Shown: piece after piece, positions 9,057 through 16,971 of the stretch
Numbering within the stretch: the first letter of the stretch is position 1
Layout of the letters: each line of letters begins with the position of its first letter
Assembly (NCBI GenBank): GCA_023229465.1
Contig: JALNZE010000016.1
Location: forward strand, 1,442 to 65,441
From: Chitinophagaceae bacterium
GTDB lineage: Bacteria; Bacteroidota; Bacteroidia; Chitinophagales; Chitinophagaceae
Length of the DNA stretch: 64,000 nt
Reading direction: 5' to 3'
Translations under genes and position numbers: made by a program
Notes under the pieces: model-generated
Told to the model about the DNA's origin: nothing
Seen by the model: the letters and a program-made list of their open reading frames with translations, nothing else
Databases searched by the model: none

Positions 9057-9500
9057 TTAAATTATTTGAATACCTGGTTGTCCAAAATATTTAAGACTTA
9101 AAAACTTTTTGACTTTCTCCAGTTCTGCAGGCTGTTCCCGCAAGAAATTATATATTTTATCGTTAAGTTTTCCAATTGCGGGTTCCATTTCTTTAGCGGT
9201 AGGCGATTTTTTGTGCTTCAGACTATTGGGGTCAATATTAATTTCCCAAATGACAGATGAAGCAAGAAAAAGAAACGGGTATTCCGCTTGCTTCTGGCCT
9301 TTGGTCTGCCACCCATACTTTTCCATCACTCTCAAAAGTTGGGGCCGTATCTCAATATAAGCAAATTTATTGTCCGCGTTATTCTTAATCATATCCAGAA
9401 TGATTAATAACAACAACGGTTTGTAAACAGCAAATTCGCCATTCCGCTTGTTAACAGTTATATTATCAAGAATTAATATGATCTCATCTGTCATCTGCAT
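9057..9500 (-). CDS. Hypothetical 147-aa protein of the dnd-linked module
   Basis: Starts 3 nt after the upstream stop. Contains FAVYKPLLLLIILDMIK, which resembles the hKPhLLLahL motif of N-terminal DNA-reader domains in some HNH/McrA-type enzymes (recollection only). Confidence 0.65.
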   Translation of the reverse strand: MQMTDEIILILDNITVNKRNGEFAVYKPLLLLIILDMIKNNADNKFAYIEIRPQLLRVMEKYGWQTKGQKQAEYPFLFLASSVIWEINIDPNSLKHKKSPTAKEMEPAIGKLNDKIYNFLREQPAELEKVKKFLSLKYFGQPGIQII

Positions 9501-9503
9501 ATA

Positions 9504-9953
9504 TTAAGATTGAGTGGTAAACCGTGATTGAATTTGGTTAATAAGACTTTCTATATTTTGATAAGCAAGCGGATCAAGTGCAAGCTCTTCGTGTAACAGA
9601 TATAAGCCTCCATTAGAAAAACTTTCGATATTCTTTCGCAAATCATCTGGTTGTTTTAAAATATCGAAGCTTTGAAGTTTGTCTATTGCCATCACAATTA
9701 AAAGATGCAAGTGAGGGTCTTTTATTTGCTGCCAGCGAAAAGGGGGCGATGGATGTCTTTTCTCAATTTCTTTTGGGCTATTTTTTGAATATCCCAATAC
9801 GGCACCCCACACAAACAATTCCCACATTGTCGGAAAAGTAAGATCCTTACTGGCTTTCCCGGTATCGGAATGGCAAAGCCGTCTATAGGTATTTTCATAG
9901 TGAAATGCATCTACGTTCACCAGTAAGCTGGGATCAATAGGCGAATCTATCAT
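9504..9953 (-). CDS. Hypothetical 149-aa protein of the dnd-linked module
   Basis: Starts 1 nt after the ATPase stop. The motif TFPTMWELFVWGAVLGYSK...FRWQQI resembles what I recall of small 'dnd system-associated' proteins. This is unverified. Confidence 0.65.
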   Translation of the reverse strand: MIDSPIDPSLLVNVDAFHYENTYRRLCHSDTGKASKDLTFPTMWELFVWGAVLGYSKNSPKEIEKRHPSPPFRWQQIKDPHLHLLIVMAIDKLQSFDILKQPDDLRKNIESFSNGGLYLLHEELALDPLAYQNIESLINQIQSRFTTQS

Positions 9954-9954
9954 A

Positions 9955-12033
9955 TCACTTTATTTTTTTGATTAACGTATGCTGTTCCTGTTCATTATCA
10001 CCTTCCATTACCAGTTCGTATGCATTCTTGATCGCACTATTCCCCATGATCATCGTTCTTACAACATCATTGCGAAGATTGTCCGGATCATAAGTAAGCG
10101 CATCATCCTTTAAAATAACAATAGATTGATTGAAAATCTCAATCATTGTGTCGATGGCTGTCAGCTTATTGTTTCCGCCAAGTGCAGAAATTGGTGCATC
10201 GGCTATAAATGGAAAATAATTATCCCAAAACCTATTAGATACATCTAGTACGGCGGCAACAAAAGCTATTTGAAGTGAAACTTTATTGGCCTGATTAATA
10301 TTGAACAGTCTTGTGCCTGCTTCATCTATTGTGTATACTTCCTTATTGGCAAAGTCAACTTTGACTTTGCCGGACAAGGCTGCATTTTTTATGGTCATTT
10401 GCGTAAAAAACTTATTGGCATTTTCTTCGATATCGGAAATGATCCTATTTAAAAAATGGTCATAAAACTGCGATGTACTTGCATTTACCTTTTCTGCGAG
10501 TTGAAACCGTTCCTTTTCCTTTGTGTTCGAAGATTGCGCTATCAATGATTCATATTCTTCTAATTTATTGTCAAGCTCCTTTTTTAAAAAGTCGCGTCTG
10601 CCCTTTATCTGGTTAATTTTTGATTCTGATCCGTCAAGATCATTTTTAAATCTATCTCTGTCTCTCTGGATCTGAATAAAATTCTTTGCTTTAATCTCAT
10701 CTTCAGAAATACCTGATGGAATAATAGACCTGAGTTCCTCCTCCTTAGCTTTGATTTTATTTTGCAGGCTACGAATCTGGTCCTCAACCTCCTGTAGTGA
10801 TAAATAAAACTCTTTAATTTCCTCTGGTATCCGTGTTACTTTATCCAGCATGTTATCTGCCACCATGCTGAGTTGGTTAATTAGTTCAATTTCTTTATCA
10901 AGTGATCGGTCATTTAAAAAGGAAGCAATTTTTTTGTAGGCATCCGATTCGTCTGCCGCATCTGATCCGCAAACCTTACATTTATGTTCCGCAAGCATTT
11001 CCTTAATAAATTCCTGCCGGATTGGTTCTGGAATTTTCTTTTCAATTTTATTCTGTTTGTAGAATGAAAGAAATCTATTTAGAATAGCATCAGTTCCTGC
11101 ATACATCCATTTATCGAACACATCTCGTTTCTGATTTGTTATGAGACTTGCTCGCAATTCATTTTTTGTAAGACGTTGCGCTTCCAGATAATCTGATTCA
11201 CGTAAGATGGCGGCACACTCTTCAAACATTTTTAATTCATTGTTCTTCTTTTCAAACTGTTCTTTTTGAATATTCCTCTCCCGACATTCATTATCGAATT
11301 GCTCATCCTGAAAAGCCACATCCTCTTTTAATTTATCAATCTCCTGCGACAAACGAATCTTGCGCTCATGCAGCGCATTGTCAGCATCTGCCTTATTTTC
11401 AAAGTCTCTTTTTAAATTTTTCAAAACCTTATCTGCATAAGCCTTTGCCTTTTCAAAAACTTCAATCCGTGATAGATCACGAAGAGCTTTAGTGAAAGCT
11501 GATTTGTTACTAAGGCTCATGATCTGACTGATATTTTCACCCTGAAAAAGAAAGTAGCGTGAAAGATTTTCAGGGAAAAGCATCAGTAGCTGTTCTTCGG
11601 CATCACGATCATAGAAATTAGTATCGTTGCTGGTAACAGCATCAGTGCGCGTAAGGCTTAAATCGGAATTTCGCGGTATCTGCCAGTTTCCCTCGTTACT
11701 CTTTGGTAGTGAATACTCACGCGCTAATAAATATTTATTTTCATCCTCATCTAAAAAAGTCAAACACACTGAACAGGCTACGTATTCACCGTTTCTGCAT
11801 TCAGCTTTTGCTTTTCTATTTATAAGATCCTCACGCCAATCTTTGGTTTCTGCCCATACTTCTTCTGTCGTCTTGAATGCACGATCATATAGTACCCAAT
11901 TGAATGCATCAAATAGTTTGGACTTGCCGGTGTTGTTTTGTCCAAGAATGACAGTCGGGCCGAGATCGAAATCCAGCCTGTTCTTCTTATAATAAGAAAG
12001 AAAATTTTCTATTTCTATTGATACGATAATCAT
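9955..12033 (-). CDS. SMC/Rad50-like AAA ATPase, DndD-like paralog, with a central CxxC
   Basis: Walker A GQNNTGKSK. Long K/E/Q-rich coiled-coil-like middle. CKVC at residues 352-355 of 692. C-terminal FPFIADAPISALGG parallels DndD FPVFIDSPLQKFD. ATGA start/stop overlap with the upstream small ORF. Confidence 0.85.
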   Translation of the reverse strand: MIIVSIEIENFLSYYKKNRLDFDLGPTVILGQNNTGKSKLFDAFNWVLYDRAFKTTEEVWAETKDWREDLINRKAKAECRNGEYVACSVCLTFLDEDENKYLLAREYSLPKSNEGNWQIPRNSDLSLTRTDAVTSNDTNFYDRDAEEQLLMLFPENLSRYFLFQGENISQIMSLSNKSAFTKALRDLSRIEVFEKAKAYADKVLKNLKRDFENKADADNALHERKIRLSQEIDKLKEDVAFQDEQFDNECRERNIQKEQFEKKNNELKMFEECAAILRESDYLEAQRLTKNELRASLITNQKRDVFDKWMYAGTDAILNRFLSFYKQNKIEKKIPEPIRQEFIKEMLAEHKCKVCGSDAADESDAYKKIASFLNDRSLDKEIELINQLSMVADNMLDKVTRIPEEIKEFYLSLQEVEDQIRSLQNKIKAKEEELRSIIPSGISEDEIKAKNFIQIQRDRDRFKNDLDGSESKINQIKGRRDFLKKELDNKLEEYESLIAQSSNTKEKERFQLAEKVNASTSQFYDHFLNRIISDIEENANKFFTQMTIKNAALSGKVKVDFANKEVYTIDEAGTRLFNINQANKVSLQIAFVAAVLDVSNRFWDNYFPFIADAPISALGGNNKLTAIDTMIEIFNQSIVILKDDALTYDPDNLRNDVVRTMIMGNSAIKNAYELVMEGDNEQEQHTLIKKIK

Positions 12034-12242
12034 TGTTGCGTAGGTTTTAACTTGAAACTTACCTCCGCATCAATAAGGTCTGTTAGCTTACGTTCGACGT
12101 TGCGGTTGCGTCCGGTGTTATACTCCAGGTAAACCTCACTCAAAAGCTCTTTGATGATCGTATATTGTTGCAGGTCTTTTTCTTTTATTCCCTTCAACAT
12201 CATTTCGATCTGGCGCATTACGTCAGAGTTCTTGATTGCCAT
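12030..12242 (-). CDS. Small hypothetical protein (62-70 aa)
   Basis: ATG 12242 overlaps the helicase stop (12223..12225) by 20 nt; an alternative ATG is at 12218. Its TGA overlaps the ATG of the next gene (ATGA at 12030..12033). The track start at 12272 is probably too far upstream. Confidence 0.45.
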   Translation of the reverse strand: MAIKNSDVMRQIEMMLKGIKEKDLQQYTIIKELLSEVYLEYNTGRNRNVERKLTDLIDAEVSFKLKPTQQ

Positions 12243-14433
12243 AAGTTGAAATTTCAGATGAGAAAATATCAATTTTATATTGTTCTGCTATTGCTTCCAG
12301 GGTTTTGAGAGCCTGGTATTTGTTAATAGACATGGACGCAAACTCGTACACTCTTCTTAATTCAGCCGCCAATATGCTTTTCTCCATCGAAATACTCTCA
12401 TCAAACAAACGGCTGGAAATATCCGGCACAACAATCATGTCGTAGATATAAGCAAACTTCTTTTGTGGATGTGTCCGCAATATCCGGCCCCTTCGCTGAA
12501 TAAATTGTCGTGGGTTACTGGTGCTTGCACAGAAAATAGCCACCTCCGTTCTTTTTACATCAACGCCTTCATCCAGGCATTTCATAGCGGTTAAAACTGC
12601 GATCTCTCCCTCAGAGAATCTTTGAAGAATTTCCTTTCTGTTTTTGGTAGTTCCTATGAATTGATGCTGCGCTAAATGATATTCGTTCGAGATCACCGAT
12701 GCATATTCATTGATAAGGCGCTCATCGTCCTCATCTGCTGTACTTGATATTCCTTCCGGAACATATACCAACGTATATTTCAATTCTGCTTTCTGTGCAA
12801 GTAATTCGTCCAGGCAAATCCTGAGCGTGTTTAGTTTATTTTCTGCTTTGTGAATGATTCGTCTACGCTTTAAAAGCAGTGAAGTAACTACGGGGTTATC
12901 CTGAAAGCCACCGCTTGCCCCATTAAAATATTTCAGGAGCTTCCTGGAAATTTCTTTGTATTCATGCAATTCTTCATCTGTCAACGAGACAATCTTGGGA
13001 TAATAATAGTATTTACACAGGAATTCCTGTTCAATGGCTTCCTGCATCGTTAATTGAAAAGTCGGAGCTTCAGTAGCATTAAAAAACTGCAATATTGCTT
13101 TAGTACCTTCTGGGTCAAAATGCCGCTCCGGTGTTGCCGACAACCCGATTCTTCTGGCAAATTTTTCCGGAAAGTGACTTTGAGATCTTTGGGTTCCCAG
13201 GTTATGCGCCTCATCTGCTATAAAAATGGTATCTGTATCCAGCCTGCCGATGACAGCCTGGAATTTTTCCATATTAAATGTCTGATACGTGGTAATCAGG
13301 CAATAGCTATGATTTCCAAAGCTGCTCTTGTTAATTTCCTGTAGGATTTTTGCAACCCAATCCTTGCTTCTGCTATTGGCAAGAATAACATTCGTAAATC
13401 CAAACGCTTCGCAATCTTCCAGCCACTGATCTGCAAGGGAAAGGGTAGGAACCAGTATCAACACCCGATACCGGTTTTCTTTTTGGTATAGCGTTAAAAC
13501 ACAATTGAGTGATGTAATTGTTTTACCGGTACCGGTCGCCATTTCAAAAAAACCAATACAACCAGCTTTAAACCAATTTTCACACGCCTCGTCTTGATAG
13601 CGGTGTGGTGTTTTTCCTTTCGGAAAATGTGGCTTATTACTTGGACCCAGGTTTTCCCGCAACAACTCCATTTTCAATTTAAAAGAATTTGAAGTTGGTG
13701 TTTCAAATGAGCCGATGAGTTCACGTTCTTCTTCCAATAGATAATCCAGGTCTTGTACCGGAAAATGTTCAATCAGGGCTGTTTTAATTTTATCAATAGG
13801 CACACTTCGAACAGCCGGATAAGAACCAGACCATATTTTTCCAAATAATGAACTAAAATAAGATAACCGGCTATTCTCCATCTTCTCATTTGTCCACGAT
13901 ACGTAACAACTCAGAGACTCAACATTCCAGAACATGGCTGAGTTGGAAAAATTAGCGGAGCCGTTAAACGCTACACGATCTCCTTGTGAGTCCGAAAATA
14001 TTCCGAATTTATGATGTACAATACCCTGTGAATGGTGGGCCGGAACAATCGCCATAATTTCCAGTTTTTGGGTTGCAACAAGCCATGAAATACAATTAAA
14101 AAAATGTTTGTCGAACCCCGAAAGTGTTTTCTCAAGCCTGACAATATCATCGATGATATTTTGTTCTATTAATTCATCCGGAGAGGCCACCAACCCCTTT
14201 TCTATAGCATCTTTATCCTGTTGCGATAAAACATCATTGATGATCATTCTCATTTTGCCCCCCCTTTTAATAAAGTAGGCAAAACCGATTGACAGGGCCC
14301 TAAAACCACTGCTGCTGAAAAACCCAAGGGCCAAGTCGAAGGAATTACTCTCTATCAGTCCATCCAAAAAAAACTCCGCCGGTTCATCCTCACCGGATGA
14401 ATACACAGTTTTGAAGTTAGTTTCTTTAAGCAT
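12223..14433 (-). CDS. Phospholipase-D-family (HKD) nuclease fused to an SF2 (ResIII/DEAH) helicase
   Basis: N-terminal HKD-like motif VHHKFGIFSD...NGSANFS. Helicase motifs I (ATGTGKT), II (IADEAHNL), III (LSATPER) and VI (QRRGRILR). Starts 1 nt after the dndE stop. Confidence 0.9.
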   Translation of the reverse strand: MLKETNFKTVYSSGEDEPAEFFLDGLIESNSFDLALGFFSSSGFRALSIGFAYFIKRGGKMRMIINDVLSQQDKDAIEKGLVASPDELIEQNIIDDIVRLEKTLSGFDKHFFNCISWLVATQKLEIMAIVPAHHSQGIVHHKFGIFSDSQGDRVAFNGSANFSNSAMFWNVESLSCYVSWTNEKMENSRLSYFSSLFGKIWSGSYPAVRSVPIDKIKTALIEHFPVQDLDYLLEEERELIGSFETPTSNSFKLKMELLRENLGPSNKPHFPKGKTPHRYQDEACENWFKAGCIGFFEMATGTGKTITSLNCVLTLYQKENRYRVLILVPTLSLADQWLEDCEAFGFTNVILANSRSKDWVAKILQEINKSSFGNHSYCLITTYQTFNMEKFQAVIGRLDTDTIFIADEAHNLGTQRSQSHFPEKFARRIGLSATPERHFDPEGTKAILQFFNATEAPTFQLTMQEAIEQEFLCKYYYYPKIVSLTDEELHEYKEISRKLLKYFNGASGGFQDNPVVTSLLLKRRRIIHKAENKLNTLRICLDELLAQKAELKYTLVYVPEGISSTADEDDERLINEYASVISNEYHLAQHQFIGTTKNRKEILQRFSEGEIAVLTAMKCLDEGVDVKRTEVAIFCASTSNPRQFIQRRGRILRTHPQKKFAYIYDMIVVPDISSRLFDESISMEKSILAAELRRVYEFASMSINKYQALKTLEAIAEQYKIDIFSSEISTYGNQEL

Positions 14434-14434
14434 G

Positions 14435-14830
14435 TTAGTTTAAGCCTCTTAAGCCACGTTCAATCTTTGATATCAGAAAATCCGAACCATTAATGTTGTC
14501 GTTTCTTTTTATTTCGTTGGCAATCAACTGCAGTCCGTCATCAATATGCATTTTCACATACCGGGCAATATCTTTATCTGTTTTATACAACTGGTAATGA
14601 ACACAGACCATCGCGATATAAATATCAGCATGATCCCCGAACAATACTTTACTGCTGTATTCCTTACCCTGCGAATCTTCGATTTGCAAAAGATCCAATT
14701 GCCTTTCACTGGCCATAGAATATGTAAATGCGATCCTGGCAATAACGTTCTCAGCACCTAATTGAAGCCTGCTGGTCAATTGCGTCACTAAATCCTTATT
14801 TGCTTTTGATGTCTTAATTCCCGTAAACAT
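14435..14830 (-). CDS. dndE: DNA sulfur modification protein DndE
   Basis: 131 aa in the position after dndD. IKTSKANKDLVTQLTSRLQLGAENVIARIAF...FGDHADIYIAMV parallels the DndE pattern (R.S...... L..L....G....N.L.R.A...FGG....Y..L). 17-nt overlap with dndD. Confidence 0.75.
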   Translation of the reverse strand: MFTGIKTSKANKDLVTQLTSRLQLGAENVIARIAFTYSMASERQLDLLQIEDSQGKEYSSKVLFGDHADIYIAMVCVHYQLYKTDKDIARYVKMHIDDGLQLIANEIKRNDNINGSDFLISKIERGLRGLN

Positions 14831-16964
14831 GCTGGATTGTATTATTATAGGTTTCGTAAAGTTTTGCAGGGTTTACTGATTCAAAACCTGATTCATATTG
14901 TGCTTTTTGTTTGATAAGGTAGCAGTCAGTAACTTTAGGATATAATAATTGAAACTCTGATTCATTGAGTTCTTTCTCCAATAATGGGAACAAAATTACT
15001 TGTGAAGAAACGTTAGGATAGAAATCTTCAATTATATTCCTTGCATGCTCTTTGTCAAATTTTTGTAGAGGGCTATCAATAAAAACAGGAAACCTTATAT
15101 TGGATTCTTCTACTAATGCTTTAAGGAGTGCTGTTGCATATAACTGCTGTTCTCCCTTTGAAAGACTGTCTTTGTCTATTTGCCGTTGATCGGCATCATA
15201 CAGTTCAATATCAATCATGTCCCCTTCAATCAATACCTTAACTTTTTGAACGAAGTTCTGCTTATGCATAAGAACATGCAGTTCCTGTAATATCTTTTCC
15301 TCCAGTGAATGCTTCTTTTGATTTTTGAGTTTATAAATAAAGGTTTCCAGTTCGCCGATTAATCTTGCAGCAACTTCATCTTTGGCCTTATCTATATCTT
15401 CGACTTTAACTCTTTTACTTAATTCTGAAACCTGCAGAGACAGGTTATTCTGCTCATTCTGCAATGAAATGATTTTTGCTTTTATATCAATACATTCTGC
15501 TTCTTGTTTTTTTATTTCAGTATCCAATTGATTTTTATTTGTCCTGATCACTTTTATTACCGGATCATTTTCTTTAGATTCTCCGTCAAACAGTTTCCTA
15601 TTTATGATAGCAACAGAAGTTTGTTGTTTTTTGAGTTCCGCAGTTAGGGCCTTAAAATTTTTACTGAAAGCATTTTGTAAATTATCATATACCGCTAAAA
15701 ACCGGTTTTCCTGTTCACTGGTAAAATCAAGCAATGGTTTGGGAACAATTACACCTTGCGGCAGCAATGTATTTTCAATAAGTAAAAAAAGCTCCTCCCG
15801 CTTACGGTCACCTGAAATAAGACCTTCAACCGTGATTGCTTTTTTAAGCGCATTCGCTTTTCTTTTAAGCAGCGACACATTATTTTTTTTATCCTTTTGC
15901 TCCTGTTCTGTTTCAATCTGATTCCTGATAGATTCCATCTTTGAGGCCACCAGCGCAAGTGGGGCCAATTCCATCATTTCCTTCATGCGGTTTTTAAGGC
16001 GCAAGCTTTCTTCCTGCAAATGCTCTTTCATTTGCCTGAAATCTTTCAATTCCTCTACAGTAATGGACGAACCTTCCCTAATTAATTGTTCCTGAAATTT
16101 ATCAGAAGCAAATCTTTTTAATATTAATTCTTCTTCCTTCTCATGGACAATAGAACTATGGTGTTCAATCATTTTACTGTTCTGACCGAACAACTTGCCG
16201 AGCTTTTCCAGTTTTTCCCTGTCCGCCGCAGAAGAATTCTTTTTGCTTAGACGTAACCGTAAATTCTCCAGGTCGCCTTTAAGATCCAGATATTTTTTTA
16301 TACCTAAAACTTCTCCATAAGCTTTACCTAAACTGCGCCTGTCTTCAATACTGCGGATTTCTGCTAATTCAACTATCTTCTCGGCATCAAAAAAGAAAAA
16401 CTTAGCGATTTCTTTACGCAGGATAAAATCATTGATAAATATTTCAGGACCGACTTCCTTTGTCAACTCATTAGGCTGTCCATCAATATATACGGCTAAA
16501 GTCTCGGTTTGTGATTTGACATTGTAGGTACGAATTAGTTCAAGGTCATTACAGGGAATTGCAGGGATAAATATTTTTTTGAAACGAATGCTTACAGAAA
16601 ATGAATATAGGTTTTGATGTCTTTGCCGAAGCCCTTGCCTTTCTGCTTCATCTGACGAACCCAATTTTGTTTCAATTAATTTGGATTCGGTCTCAGATTC
16701 ATCAAGTGTAATACGATTAATTAATCGGTTGCAATAATTCTTATAACCTCCGCATTCGTAAATTTCTTTTTTATATCGCTCATCAACATCTGACATTAAT
16801 TTTCCATAAAGACACCATACCAATGATGTGAGCAATGAGGTTTTACCAAAACCATTATTGCCAGTAATAATTGATACATTTTTACCAGGACTAATCGAAA
16901 GGTCAATTGTATTACTTCCTTTATATACTTTAAAATTATTCAGACTTATTCTGTCAATATACAT
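14814..16964 (-). CDS. dndD: DNA sulfur modification protein DndD (SMC-like ATPase)
   Basis: N-terminal ISLNNFKVYKG...ITGNNGFGKTSLL (Walker A), long coiled-coil middle, signature-like LSKGEQQL, and Walker B/D-loop FPVFIDSPLQKFD. Sits between dndC and dndE. Confidence 0.85.
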   Translation of the reverse strand: MYIDRISLNNFKVYKGSNTIDLSISPGKNVSIITGNNGFGKTSLLTSLVWCLYGKLMSDVDERYKKEIYECGGYKNYCNRLINRITLDESETESKLIETKLGSSDEAERQGLRQRHQNLYSFSVSIRFKKIFIPAIPCNDLELIRTYNVKSQTETLAVYIDGQPNELTKEVGPEIFINDFILRKEIAKFFFFDAEKIVELAEIRSIEDRRSLGKAYGEVLGIKKYLDLKGDLENLRLRLSKKNSSAADREKLEKLGKLFGQNSKMIEHHSSIVHEKEEELILKRFASDKFQEQLIREGSSITVEELKDFRQMKEHLQEESLRLKNRMKEMMELAPLALVASKMESIRNQIETEQEQKDKKNNVSLLKRKANALKKAITVEGLISGDRKREELFLLIENTLLPQGVIVPKPLLDFTSEQENRFLAVYDNLQNAFSKNFKALTAELKKQQTSVAIINRKLFDGESKENDPVIKVIRTNKNQLDTEIKKQEAECIDIKAKIISLQNEQNNLSLQVSELSKRVKVEDIDKAKDEVAARLIGELETFIYKLKNQKKHSLEEKILQELHVLMHKQNFVQKVKVLIEGDMIDIELYDADQRQIDKDSLSKGEQQLYATALLKALVEESNIRFPVFIDSPLQKFDKEHARNIIEDFYPNVSSQVILFPLLEKELNESEFQLLYPKVTDCYLIKQKAQYESGFESVNPAKLYETYNNTIQHVYGN

Positions 16965-16971
16965 AAGAGCA

